A stretch of 64,000 nucleotides of DNA, from the NCBI RefSeq assembly GCF_018350175.1, contig NC_058368.1, forward strand, positions 188,730,001-188,794,000, written 5' to 3'. A program made the position numbers and the translations under genes. The notes below the pieces were generated by a model. It was not told the origin of the DNA. It worked only from the letters and a program-made list of their open reading frames with translations, and did no database searches. Shown in pieces: positions 13,259 through 26,299 of this stretch. The stretch comes from Felis catus. Lineage: Eukaryota. Each line of letters opens with the position of its first letter. Position 1 is the first letter of the stretch.

Positions 13259-15249
13259 TTTTTCTTTTTTCTTTCTTTTTTTTTTTTTTTTTTGCATTCT
13301 ACGGCCTACAATGTGGGAGAGAGTGATAGTAAATATTATTGAGTGTTGACTGTTAAGTCTGTCAGGGAACCTAACCTGAAGAGGGAGTGAGCAGTGGTCT
13401 GGGAAGACTCCTCAAAGAAGTGATATTTTGGGGGTGTCTTGGAGAAGTAGGTTTACCTAGGAGGGCACCAGGACTAGGCCTCATCTAGGATAAACCATAT
13501 ATTAATAGGAGGGAGAATTTAGTATTTCTCTGAGAAATATCCAAGTCATAAGAGTGTAGGAGCATAATGTCCATGTGTTTACCAATAATTTAAAAATGGG
13601 AGTAGTGTGCAAGTAGGGATTTCTTACTTATGAAGAAAATTCAGGCTTATGTAGACAGTGGCACTGCCTCTGCTGAAATGCTGGGCATAGCGTCTTCCTG
13701 TTTTCTAATGGAGGAACAAATGGATCCGGGGCAGTGATGAGAATATGCACTAATGGTCCAGATAGATACTTGAGGCCAGAAAAGCCAACTGGGTGGGGTT
13801 AATGGAAATTTGGCAAGGCCCAAACCAAACGAAATAGACCCTATCTCTTCTTTCTTTTCATTTTTTGTTTTGTTGGATTTCCCCCCCAGTGGAAATTTGT
13901 GTGTGCTGTAGACAGATGCCTATTTTTCCCTCTTATCTTAGAGACACAGGGAAGGTAAGGGGCAAACAAAGGAAGGTTTGATGGTTAGAAAATAAAGAAA
14001 GTGGCACTGACCTTATGCTTGTCTGTCATGCTATATTCTTTCCAGGTAGAGTTCTAGAAAAATTTTTGCTGGTCTGATGTCATTGATTTCAATTATCTAG
14101 GCTTGTATTAAGCTTAGGGAAAGAGAAGTTTGAGAACATGGATTGCTTCTAAGGCTTGTAGCTCTGACTGGGTACAGAGCATGGAGAACTGTGAGTCCAG
14201 CTTCTGGGTCTTTTTTTGTGCGAGGGGAACAAAAGCTTGGAGCATTTTTGGGATGGTAGGAACAATGGTGGCCAGCCTAGGAGTGCACGTTAATGGAGAG
14301 CTTGGGCCACGGACTTTGTGGACTATTGGCTTGGGTTTTCCCATCTTTGCTGGTGGGAAATGTTATTTTTGCCCCCACAGTTGTTACCTCTTCTGTTTGC
14401 TTGGTTTGTTAGCGCTGACTGGCTTCCCTCTATACCCTCTTCCGTCTCCTGTGGTCTCAAATGTTCTTACCCTGACCTGGTTATTTAAAAGTGTGAATTT
14501 GCTGATTTGGGGATATTTGTATTCAGTGTAGAATTTTTTTCCCTAAATCTGAATGATAAGAAAACTAGTCTTCATTAACACAGGAGCCTGCTCACCAAAA
14601 TACTTGCTAAATCTGGCTGTAGAATTTGACTTCATGACCTTTTAGGGTGGTGAATGTCAAAGACTGAGCCCGGGGCAGTGTGAAATAATAAACAACTGGG
14701 CTGTAAGATCCAGCTTGATGGGCATCATCTGACATCACCTCCCTGAATTTATTAGAGTTAATCAATCCAGGCTGAAAAACAGAACTAGCAGATCCCACCC
14801 ACCATGCTCTGTTTCATTCACACTACAGCAGGTAATAGAAGTTTGTGAGTTTGTTTCACTAGTGGATTTTGTTGGGACAATCAAAGGTGGACCCAAGTGA
14901 ACGCTCCTTGGATGTAACTTGAAAAGTGATAAAATGCCCAGAAGAAAATCACCAAGTTGTTTCACTTGAATTACTCAGGGCTTTTTTCCAAGGGTAAAAC
15001 TTATTCTTCCTTTTCTAAGGTCCATGTTGGTGGTGACTAAAGTTAGCAGGAATCACATCTCATTTCAAACATCCAGACAGACCTGTAGAGATACATTAAG
15101 GAGATGACCCATTGAAAGAGAACTACCTATAGAAAAATCTTTCAGGGTTCAGGCTAGGGCAGCTGCTTGTGACCTCAAAGATTGGAAATAAAAGGGCTGC
15201 TATTAGTTCCACGTCGGTTCTCAGAGTGAATGTTGTGGAGTGATGGAGG

Positions 15250-15560
15250 GTGTTAAGCTGTCAAATACTAGCAAGGGTTAATAAGGTTAAGGAAGAAATA
15301 AAAGCTGGTCAACAATAAAGCAGTGTGGATAAATCAGCTCCAATAAATAAAGCGTGTCACATCATGTATACACTGCGCAGGAAAAACAAAAATCATAACT
15401 CACACACTCAGGCAATAGTTATAGAATTTTGCACTGGGACATCCCAGATTATTTCTGTGGACATCTTGCATGTTCACTTAGAGACCTCAATAGCCCCCTT
15501 TCCTCTCTGGAAATCACTTAATCGCTTCCCTTGTGGGAGAATTCTCTAACATCAATCAGA
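15250..15560. promoter_or_regulatory. Candidate enhancer island
   Basis: Repeat-free; CTGTCAAA, CAATAAA x2, GGATAAATCA, ATCAATCA (15551-15558). Confidence 0.3.
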
Positions 15561-16867
15561 GAGTGTAAAATATAAGAAGAGCAGAGCCAGGGTAGCTTAG
15601 CACCTGATGTCAAGGAAAGGCCATTATAAGCCACCACACCAAGGAGGTGATTCACTTTCATTCTCCTTTGACCTCTGCCCTGGCATGTGCTGAGTTTGCC
15701 CAGCTGACCTGAGAAATGCAGGCTTTGGTGGCCAAAGGATTTTGCAATGTCTTCTGTATATGTTCTGTAAGTAGTGCAAGGTCTTGAGGACTATGCAGCT
15801 GATAATTCCTTCACACCAATAGACACGTGCCGTTGGCCACTGCAGAGTCTTGGGAACAGAAGTCTTGCAGAAGAGGCGGTTCTTTTTACCTATGTTGGTA
15901 TGTAAATGCCAGGTTCTGGCTCTGTTTTAAGTGGTTCATCACTGGCCATTTTAGCTGACCCACGAGTCTCACTTTTATCATTTCATGTCTACTCTTAGAC
16001 CCAGGAGCTATGGAGAATACATACTTTTGATTGGTAATCCATCTCACTCAGAAGTGATTCTATAAAGCACAAATAAGGAGTGATATGACGTATTTATTTT
16101 TTAAAGAAGCTTATCCCCACTTACACATCTAATTGCCCTCCAGGAAGCCATGGGCTTGTATGATTTCTTTAAACCTAGGTTTGCCCTTCAGCCTATAGCA
16201 TATTACTTTCAATATCCTTGATAGAGATAAGTCTTCACTTTTGGGGGCTGTGTTTGGAAAGAGTCAAATGTTAGGAATCAAGCAAGTGGTTAACTTGGAT
16301 GATTTTTCTTTGTTGCATTAGGTTATAAAGTATGAGTAATGGTTTTGGGTTTTTTTGTTTGGTTTGGTTTGTGGTAGGACTATAAAGAACTTCCTAAAAG
16401 AGAAATTCCAAAAATATATCAAGCAAGGGCCATTAAATTGGAAAAATTGTATAGTTATCCAATGTTTAAGTTCTGGTAGGCATGTTGGTTAAGCATCAAC
16501 CCTATCATTTTATAGTCCTGGTTGTCAACTGTGAAGCAGGTGAAGTTTGTGAAGGTAAGCTTTCTATTCTCAGGATGCATCTTCCAGCAGGCAATTAGAA
16601 ATCTATGAACAGTGACCTTAGTGGCTTCTCTGCTTGGATCTGTTGAGGCTTTGGAAGTTGGCTTGTGGACTGTGTAGGTTTCTAGGATCTTAGCATCAGG
16701 GGTGGCCCAAATCACAGAGATTTTTTCTGAATACTGGCAGCTTTCCCATTCTAGGAAATAAAATTCTTACCTTAAATCACTATTTTTTTTTTTTTTTTTT
16801 TTTTTACCAACAATTCATCTTTCCTTGCTTGAGTAATCCCAGGAGCAATCTAAAGAATGAATTTTGA

Positions 16868-17087
16868 GGGACGTCTGGGTGGCTCAGTCGATAGAGCGTC
16901 CGACTTTGACTCAGGTCATGATCTCGTGGTCTGTGGGTTCGAGCCCTGCGTCGGGCTCTGTGCTGATAGCTCAGAGCCTGGAGCCTGCTTCGGATTCTGT
17001 GTCTCCCTCTCTCTCTGCCCCTCCCCCACTCATGCTCTGTCTCTCTCTCTGTGTCAAAAATAAGTAAACATTAAAAAAATTAAAAAA
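16868..17087 (+). mobile_element. Can-SINE (SINEC_Fc2-like)
   Basis: A-box TGGCTCAGTCG, B-box GGTTCGAGCCC; 16-bp TSD aaagaatgaattttga at 16852-16867 and 17088-17103. Confidence 0.96.
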
Positions 17088-17659
17088 AAAGAATGAATTT
17101 TGATTTCAAAGAAACAAACTCATAAAGCTATGAATTGTTAAGAAAATGTGGTTGTTTCTCATGTGCTTCGTGCTCCTTTCCCTGATTCCCCAGTCTTTCC
17201 CTCACCTCCACATTTAACCTAGAATGATTTTATTTAGACAGCAAGGTCTGATTATTTTTACATGGATTGATTTCCTATCAGTGGGCTCTCTCTGTCATAC
17301 TTCACGCTATTTCATGGTAAGTAATACATTTGGCTGTTCTTTTAGGATGTTTCTGACTTTCTCTATAAATTTGAACAGAGTGGGAAGTACAGAAACTAGC
17401 TGCTAGAATTTTGTCTTTGTGAGTAAAAGACAAAGTAATATAAAGATTAAACAAACACAATTTTTTCCTATCAATATCTCCATGTTCCAAACCATACAAA
17501 TTTGTAATTTGGCAAATATAGTATTGTGGAGGAAGGGCTCCTGTGTCCCAAAAGCTTATCAGCTCCATGAAAATATGTTTTCAGGGCCTACAATATAGCA
17601 AGTGTCATGCATATCGCTTTGAGGAAGAAGGACAATGGGAAGACATTTGAAAAAAATAA

Positions 17660-17845
17660 CTCGGGCATCAGACAGGCTGGATTTGAGTTTCAGTATTTTC
17701 CTTAGTAGTCAGAGACCTTGACTTGGTTCAGTCTGAGCTTCATTTCCTTATCTGTACAATAGGCATAATTCTTGCTTCATAGGTATTTTAGTACTTTATC
17801 TATCATGTAACTATCATGCCACACGATAAAATGAGCACTCAGTAG
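17660..17845 (+). mobile_element. MIR
   Basis: ctgagcttcatttccttatctgtacaataggcataat matches MIR core. Confidence 0.65.
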
Positions 17846-18809
17846 TGTCTTCACTCTCTTCTTTTGTCTAAAGTTATTTGCTAGAAATGAATTGCACAAA
17901 CTTAGTATTTTTTTTAAGTGAAGAAATTCTGGCACTGATATAGAAAATAAATTAGTATTTGCTTAAGAGTTCTCTTTTCTACAAGTGAGGGATAGCTTTT
18001 TATTACTGTAAATGGCCCCAAGCTTTCACAATTCCCAAAGCAGAGAAATAAGTCCAGGAACTTTGCTATAATGAAGGAAGAAATGGGAAGGCAAAGTCTA
18101 AATTCAGGGCCATTTGGAAATATAACCATTAAATTTCACAATTCCTTTTCATATTTCATTCAGTGAATTACAAAATATTTTTTAAAGTCAAATGCTAAAA
18201 AAGAGAAACCTTTGGATACAAAAGTTCTTGCATGTTTTGTTCTTTTCCTCCCTGTCTGTCTGTCCATGCACAACTCATTTACTACCACTGAGGTGAGGAG
18301 TCACTTTAAGAAACATGTGACATTGTATTGCCCAAATAGCCTGTACCTTTTTCCCAATGTCCAGTCTTCAGAAAAACAGAGAAGGCTGTTTTTAGTCTTT
18401 CCTTCTTCATTGCATACAAACTGCGAGGCAGAAAGCCTTTTTGCCTGTCCTCTGATTCCTTAGCCCATCCTTAATTAGTGTTTTTATGGTTAATCCCTAC
18501 CATATATCTTTAAGAGTTTCACATGAGTCGGCTCCCTACAAGTTTTATTGCATTCAAAATAGAGGCAAGCTGGCAGTGTGTGATGGTGGGAATATACACA
18601 GTCACTGAGAGGGGGTTGGCTGTTACTTGTAATTGATTGCTCACTGAAGCCTGCCCGCGCACTTTACCCCGAGGCCTCGCTTTCCTCCATATGCCTAGTG
18701 TCAGAACTTGGAAGCCAGCTGGTCAGTCAGCGCACATCCTGTGGGAAGCGGCAGACACAGGCGGCCGGGTAGCCATCAGCCTCCCTGAGCACATTTCCTC
18801 TTGTGTTTT

Positions 18810-19400
18810 GATAATAGTTCTGTAAGCTTTAATTATGCTGTGTGACAACACATTCATGAACTATCAAAATAAATCCTTTGAGGAGATGGCTGCTAACAAG
18901 TTTTGAAGCAACAGTGCTTGTTGCAAAGAAGGAAGGAGAGAGGCAATCAGGCTTTTCAGGATCCCCCTCGACGTGGAAGCCAGATGAAACGTTCTCTTGC
19001 CTTTTCTATCGCATTGACAAATGCTCCTTTTAAAGCTGTGCCCTTAAGAAGTTAACTGAAGACACTTATTGCAACACTCAAGTGTATCCAACACAAGGGT
19101 TTTACAATTAGCAGCGGTAATGTGAGCATAAAAGCTGTGCCCCAATATCGGTATAGAATCTGAGGGAACACTGCAGGGTCCATTAAGGCCATTTACAGTT
19201 GAGACGGAGACTAATGGTATTAAATTATTACAGCTATTGCTAAAGGGGCATTCTAAGTGAATCCCTTCCAGCTGGGTTGGTTGTATATGCTCTTTGTCAA
19301 CAGTACAGTCCTTTAAGGATACCCTTATTGTTCATGATCATTTAGACGTGATGCCATGTGCTTTACTGAAAGTATAAATAACACCCAACAAAAAGACTGG
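18810..19400. promoter_or_regulatory. Candidate enhancer island
   Basis: Repeat-free; TAATTA, TGACA, CATAAAA, CATTAA, TAATGG motifs and a 12-bp direct repeat. Confidence 0.3.
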
Positions 19401-20679
19401 GAATTAGTGTTTGATTAAACTTGGCTTAGAGTTAAGTGGAGCTGGGTAGTTCTTAGGCAAAGCCCATTTGCCTTTATACACACATGCATATGCCTGTGGG
19501 CTCACATATGGGATTGTCTGTGTTCATGAACTGCATGTGACAGCGTTCCGTTGCCTGGCTACACATGCACAGGTAGACCCATAAGTCAGAGCTGTTTGCA
19601 TTGTTCTATGTGATTGTTCTGTTGGGCACTCGGCAGAATTTAGAGAATTGGCGCATCAGAAGAGAATTCTGTTTAGAATTCACGTTTTTAAGAAATAAGA
19701 GAAATTTATAATCTTCAGCACACATTAGTCTCTCTGTTTTTCTTTTATTCCCCCTGCGAGTACGATTGCCCTTTATTTGGGTGAGAGATCACGTGAATAT
19801 CCCTCAAGGTTAAGATACTTTAGCTTCCCCAATACCCAATCAGACCCTGGGAAACTGCAGAATAATTGAATATTAGTCTTTGGTTTCAAAACTGAAAGCA
19901 AATTTAAATGAAAACAAGGAAGTTGCAAAGAGAAATTTGGGAATAAATTCAAAGTTGCTACTGAGCTTGAGTAATGAACAGGCATGAATTAATAACCAGA
20001 AGCACAAGACAGACAAGACTAAAGCACATGGAAGAGCCCTGCTTCTCAGACAGGGATCAAAGGTCATTGCAAATAAGATCAAGTTGGTTGCCATATTAAG
20101 TATATTCATATATATCACACATAACTCTTATGCTATGCATGTGTATCTTCCTATTGTGTACATTGATTACGTAATTGGATGATTAAATAATTTTTGCTAA
20201 CTATCCCCACAGTTTGCCTTGGACAGATATATTTATCACTTTGTGAGTTGCACTGTGCTAGGCACTTACGAGGGAGAGGAGGATCATGTCAGATATGATT
20301 CTTGCCTCAGAGAGTTTGTAATCGGGTTGTGAAGGATAAACAGCAGAAAAGATAAACTTGTTCAGTGTGATTATATGGTACTGGTTATGAGTATGGTAGG
20401 AGTTTAAAGAAGGGATAGAGCATACAGGGTAGATTACTAGCAGCCCAGAACTGCAGCAAGGAGGAAGTGAGGAGAATGCAGAGGATTCCCCACCCTGAGA
20501 GAGCGTGAAGGGGTATAGGGGGATTGAGCAGAGTAGATTTGGGGGACTCCACAAAGGACCGTTGGGCCTTGTAAAGAGAGCCTTGTAAAGAGAGCCTTGT
20601 CCTGCCAAGTGCTGTGCTGGGCTCTTGGGACACAAGTGGATAAGACATTGCCCTACCCTCAGGGAATTTAGAGCCTAGT

Positions 20680-20803
20680 GCAGCCATTCTCAATCTCTGT
20701 ACTCTTCCACCGAAATAAAAATTTGTTTGCATGAAATTCAAGGAACTCATGGTCCCTTTGAAGTCCATCAATTGATTCCTCAACCCAAGGTTAAAGAACT
20801 GCT
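20680..20803 (-). mobile_element. Charlie4z/MER5-like hAT MITE remnant
   Basis: Termini cagccattctcaa ... ttaaagaactgctg resemble hAT-Charlie TIRs. Confidence 0.45.
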
Positions 20804-22129
20804 GCCTCATGGAAATTCTGGACTATAAGTTTAAGGTGGGGCTGGTTTGAGGGAGGCAGGGGGACTAAAAACCTGGCACAGGGATTTGATTGACATGGAA
20901 GCCAACAGGGAGCCTCTAAAAAGACCTGTAGAGGATGTTAGAGATAGGCCATTGTCCATCCACCTGATTTTCGGAAGGGGAAACTGAGAGCTGGAGGCGG
21001 AGGTCACTGCCCAAGTTCCCCACAGCCATTCTGAGGGCCTCTTTATCTTCCTCAGCTAAATGGACACTGCTGCCTGGGTCAGGCACTCTTAGGAACTATC
21101 AGGGTGGCAGCAAAGGGTGCAAGATGAAAAACTGACCTTAGGTTAACATCTCCTTAGCAGAGATGCTCTATGAACAATCAGGGGCGATAAGAGAAAAGGA
21201 GAATTTAGGAGGGAGCTAAGAACAAAGAATGGAGCTGCTGGCATGAAAGCAGCTCGACCAAATATAGTTTTCATGCACATTGCTGTCGGCACTTGAGACA
21301 CTTTCAGTGGGAAACCTCTTCTTGAACTTTGTGGCAAAGCGGAGCATCTTTGCAATCTTTGAAACCTTTCACTTTGGAAATATCCACAAAACAAATGAGA
21401 AAAACAAACATTAATGAGGCAGATATAAAACACTTTGGAGAAAAAATAATTTAGCATTTTTATAGTTGCTATAGAAACACCTCAGCCCTGACTCTTGCTA
21501 ATTAGTTGGATTTTACACATTTTATATTTGGAAATGCAAATCAGTTTTCATAAATTATTACTCATTTTTTCCCCCTCATTTATATTTACCGTACTGTTAC
21601 CAGATACACACAAAAAGTCTAGGATATTATTTAGTTATATAACGTGACATATTTAGTTATATGAGCATGACATTTATATCCACAAGACATTTCTTAATTT
21701 AAATATTCTCCCGTTAAATGTTGTGGGAAATTATACAGAGATTCATAATTTTTACAGAAGAAATGAGAAAATGTAAATTATGTAGTGGCTTACTAAAGTG
21801 TTTTCTCATGGAGTCTAGAGAAAGAAGGGGGGACTCCTTCCCCCCAGTGGACTCTAAACAATAAACATTTAAAAACTTTCCTCTAGTCGTGGGAATTATG
21901 GCTGCTTTGGGTGTCTTCTGAACTTTTGGTATTAGACACTTGCCATCTGTAAACACTTACTGAACTCTCACTGATTGGAGAAGACACAGAAATGTTTGGA
22001 GAAACAGAAATATAGGACAGGCCCAAGATCTGCAATGGCTTATAGTCTTATGGAGAGGAGGTGAGTGCCTGCTCAGATTCACTTGATCAGAATTATAGAT
22101 ATATTTTCAGTATATAGTGGGACGACCAG

Positions 22130-22395
22130 AGGAATAAAGCTGTAGACTTTGAGTTTACTACTGAAAAGGGGGATTCGTTGATAGATCTGGGCCCAGCTCC
22201 TGATCCTGCAACTTCTTAGCTACAAGATTTGGGGCAAGTTATTTGACCACTCCAAGCCTGTTCCTATACAATTAGAAGAAAAAGAATGAAAAACTCAGTT
22301 TTTGTGAATATTACAATGGAATATTTATAAAGCGTTTGGTCGGGGCTCAGTCCACCATAAGTGCTTAGCCAGTGGTATTTATGACAAAATTATTA
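22130..22395 (+). mobile_element. MIR
   Basis: ggggcaagttatttgaccactccaagcctg...tataaagcgtttg...taagtgctt. Confidence 0.6.
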
Positions 22396-22640
22396 TCGTA
22401 GTCAATTTTCATTGTGCATGCCGTTATCCTTCTGATTTCAACTATGTGTAGTGGACGAAAAAATAAAAAAAAGAGAAAAGAAAGCTAAGAGGAAAAGAAC
22501 AGTTTAAATAATGGTCTCCATTCCACTGTGTGCATGCCTCTGAGTGAGCTTTAAATATAAATCCGCCGAATCAGAACTTTGTATATAGGTATTAACGAGT
22601 AAGGTTGTAAAAGCATGTATACCACACTCTATGTGTAGTT

Positions 22641-22950
22641 TAAGGGATTTTCAAGGATTATTTTGACTTTATGTAGTTTTTAAAAAAATATTTTTAAAAG
22701 TTTATTTAGGTTGAGAGAGACAGAGGCAGTGCCAGTGGGGGAGGGGCAGAGAGAGAAGGAGACAGAGAATTCTATGCAGGCTCCATGCTGTCAGTGCAGA
22801 GCCTGATGCAGGGCTTAAACTCACAAAACCATGAGATCATGACCTGAGCTGAAATCAAGAGTTGCACACTTAACCTACTGAGCCACCCAGGTGCCCCTGA
22901 CTTTATGTAGTTTTTATTTTATACTCTGACTTTAGAAGCTGACTCCCACC
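22641..22950. mobile_element. Tigger-like DNA transposon end remnant (interrupted by SINE)
   Basis: gattttcaaggattattttgact...actttagaagctgac is homologous to 25486-25580; family call from memory. Confidence 0.4.
22683..22897 (-). mobile_element. Can-SINE
   Basis: 19-bp TSD tgactttatgtagttttta at 22664-22682 and 22898-22916. Confidence 0.95.
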
Positions 22951-24024
22951 CATACCACACTTAAAGCCACTGTATTATTATTGTCGTTGTGTTGTTAATG
23001 TTATTGTTGGCCTGATGTGAAGAACCAGGAGGGTAGCTGATGAAATGACTTGAACCTTCAGCTGAGACCTTGGAAGAAATCTTAGATGTCCCTGGAGGAT
23101 TTTGATAAGGTGAGAAAATAGGTAGCAGGGAGAAGTGGTGGAAGACTTTTAAGTGTCCAGTATGAGGAAAAGAGAAAAAAGGAGATGAGGCCGAAGGTGA
23201 GAGGTGCTGGGAGCCACCATGACCCCTTGCCCTGAGGTCTTGACAGGGGTGGTGGAGAGAGGAAACCAACCTCAGAGAAACGGGAGCCACAGAGGGGAGA
23301 GCGATGGGCAAATAGCCACATGTGGGAAATAAGCAACACAGACAGAAGAATGTTTATATATACTAGTATTTTTAGAGAGCAAGGTCTTTTTAGTGATGTA
23401 TTTGAATAACAAGGTGTTCTAATGCTCCGTAGCCTTCTCAGTCTTCTGTCTTCAGTTATTTGAAAAGCAGAGTAAACAGGATCACTTCCTTCCCTAGGCT
23501 GATTTCCGTCTTTTCCTGAATCAATAAGCAAGGATTTGTTTCTTCTTTGTGTATATGACCCCATTTAAATTCAGGGTTCATGGTAACATAAATGGCAAGT
23601 GGGAAGAAAACAAATAAAGTACAAATACATAAATACATTTCTTTTTCAAAATTCACCACATTAAACAAGCCAATAGTTTTGATGTTATCTCTGTTGGTGG
23701 CGGCCGTGCTATTTATTTCGCCTACTGGGGTACAGCCAGGCAGGAAGTGTAAGGAATTGGAGCAATGGGGACTGATAGGGACTGTGGCAGCTGGAGTGCT
23801 CCTTTCAGAGGGAGGCACTGCGGCGGGTTCTTAGCTCTCTCTGCTCCTTGCTATTGGAGCATCGGAACCCAGGGTTACGAGATAGGAACTTCCAACAGAA
23901 GCCAGAAATTGCTATTTTAATGTGAAATCTGACTTTAAATAATGACAACTCATTAAGAAATTAAATCACTGTGAAAGCCAAAGCAAACTTTGTGACTTGC
24001 TAGTCTGTCACCTTTCTTTTAGAG

Positions 24025-24328
24025 CTACGTTGTTCAATACGGTAGCTGCTAGCTAGATGTGGCTGTGGAACGCTTGCACGATGGCTAGTTCAAATGTAGA
24101 TATAAAGTATAAAAGACACACTGGATCTTGAAGATTGTAAAATATATCAACATTTAAAAAATATTGATTGCATGTTGAGATGAGAATGTTGTGGGTTAAA
24201 GTAAACATGTTTATTAAAATTAATTTACCTGGTTATCTTAGCTTTTTAAGACGTGGCTATCAGAAAATTTAAAATGGCACACATGACTTGCATTTGGGGC
24301 TTGCATTACACTTCTAGGGGACATGCTG
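24025..24328. mobile_element. MER33 (hAT-Charlie MITE), near full length
   Basis: Follows MER33 consensus (caatacggtagc...tgtggct...attaaaattaattt...gacatgctg); 8-bp TSD ttttagag / ctctagag typical of hAT. Confidence 0.85.
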
Positions 24329-25190
24329 CTCTAGAGTTTGAGCTGAGTTTTCCCACTAAGACATTCTCTCAGTGTGGTTGTGGTTTTCTGTGGATGACGG
24401 TCCATAAACTTAATCATTTGTGCAGTCCTTTCTTCCTTCTTAGATCAACCTAAAAGTCAAGAAAGATCTGCCTTTTTGGTGAGTCTTCCAGCTAGGTCAG
24501 CTTTGATCCAAAGATAGAGCTAAAAACGGATCTCATGCCTTAAGTTTTGGTTGGCTGGCAGGTGTGTGCCCAGCTGTCCCCCATCCTGAGCCCCAGAAAT
24601 GGTGTCCCAGTCATGGGCACAGAGCCCTTGGTACCCAGGTTCTACAGAAGAAATGGTGAACTCCTTGGGAACCGCGGTTCTTTTGTTTGCTTTAATGATG
24701 CTTAAAATCTTGTTTATGTTGGGGAAAAAGAGCAAACACCTTAAATTTGTACAAGTGAGTGTAAATTGTCACCAGCACCATAGGATTCATATGATGCTCA
24801 CATATTAACTGAACCAAGTGATTTAGTAACTAACAAAGGGTGGCTGATTGACAGGTCAGTGGGGCCACTGGAAATGCCAGCTTGGAAAGAGGGTAAGCCA
24901 CTGGACTCTTCTATCCAGCTCTTCAGAGAACACTGTGTTTGTGGGTCTAATTGAGCAAGTACTAGATTCAAATCCAGGAAATATTATGATCCAACTGCTA
25001 GGTGCTAGGTCCTATGCAGAATGTCTTCATAAACATTATCTCATTTCTCACCTCACAACACACACCTAGTACCTCTGTTGGGGTTTTATATTTTTAATAT
25101 CAACAGAGGAAAGGAAGAACTTGTCAGAGTCTCCTCCCATCTCCAGATATATGAAAGATTTAATAATTTTATTTAAAGTAGGAAATTTTG

Positions 25191-25360
25191 TGTTTTTTTT
25201 ATTTAAAAAATTTTTGAAATTTATTGTCAAATTGGTTTCCATACAACACCCAGTGCTCATCCCAAAAGGTGCCCTCCTCAATACCCATCACCCCCCTTTC
25301 CCTCCCTCCTACCCCCCCTCAACCCTCAGTTTGTTCTCAGTTTTTAAGAGTCTCTTATGA
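25191..25360 (-). mobile_element. 5'-truncated young felid L1 3' end
   Basis: Poly-T then aatttattgtcaaattggtttccatacaacacccagtgctcatccc (L1_Fc 3'UTR end); 16-bp TSD aaag(t/c)aggaaattttg at 25175-25190 and 25361-25376. Confidence 0.9.
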
Positions 25361-25439
25361 AAAGCAGGAAATTTTGAATGTGCAGATATAAGCATATAGA
25401 TTTTTTCTTTAGTCCGGTTCAGTAGTTAACAAATTTTAG

Positions 25440-25582
25440 TGGGCTATAAATACAGATCCACCTATGTGATACTTTATGGATGATGTAAGTGATTTTCAAG
25501 AGTAATTTTGATTATGTGTGAGTTTTGCCTTTCATACTAACTTTAGGATCTGACTTCCTGTCTAAGATGTAACTCCTCTATA
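25440..25582. mobile_element. Tigger-like DNA transposon end remnant
   Basis: Ends actttaggatctgacttcctgtctaagatgtaactcctctata, resembling a TcMar-Tigger TIR followed by TA. Confidence 0.45.
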
Positions 25583-26119
25583 TGAGTAAGATTTCTTAGT
25601 GCATGATTCCAGGTGGTTGGACACAGAGAGGTACGGTAATTGCCACTGCTCCCAGTGCTTGCAGAATAATGTATGTTCTTGATGTGAAGGTTGGTAGGAT
25701 GGGGAGAAAACCCATGGAAGCTTAGGTAGTCTCAGTGTTCCTGAAGTTTGGGAGAGGAGGGCTGGCCAGTTTAGGGGAGTCATTATCTGGAAGTAAGGTG
25801 GCAGCAGAAGGCAGTTGGAATGGGGAAAAAGCTGGGTCTGACAGCTGCCTAGATTCAGGGATCTAGAGACTTTAATTGGGCTCCCTCCAGGTGCTTTGGC
25901 TTTACTTAAGCCATATTCATGTTATCTCTAGAAGGATCTTCAAGATCAGCTCTAAGATGAGCCCCTGCAACTTCCAACAGCATCACGTATGGGGCCCACA
26001 ACTTCAAGTACAGGCTGCATGTTGGAGCTTTGATGACTGTTATGGAGAAAAAATTCAGTGACATTTATCAACTCTGTGAGAATTTACTGTGAGTTCTATT
26101 GTGTGAGGAATATGGTGGT

Positions 26120-26290
26120 GGTAAGCTAACATTTATTGTGGGCTTATATGCCAGGGACTGTGCTAAATATTATGATTTCATCTTATCGTATATCATTCAC
26201 ACAATACTCTGAGATAGATATTACCCATCTTGTTTTATAGACTAGGAGACAGGGAGGTTAACTAATTTACACAGATTATCACACTTGTCT
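26120..26290 (-). mobile_element. MIR
   Basis: agctaacatttattgtgggcttatatgccagggactgtgctaa...ttttatagactaggagac. Confidence 0.7.
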
Positions 26291-26299
26291 CTATGTGGC

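Noticed and set aside
16857..17067. Similar peptides (SSPASGS...LEPASDSVSPSLSAPPP) recurring in several ORFs, e.g. 31872, 39576, 47119, 49832
   Set aside because: All are Can-SINE translations, not a gene family
21629..21673. Two degenerate ~22-bp tandem copies (atttagttatat...tgacat)
   Set aside because: Ordinary small AT-rich duplication with no further structure
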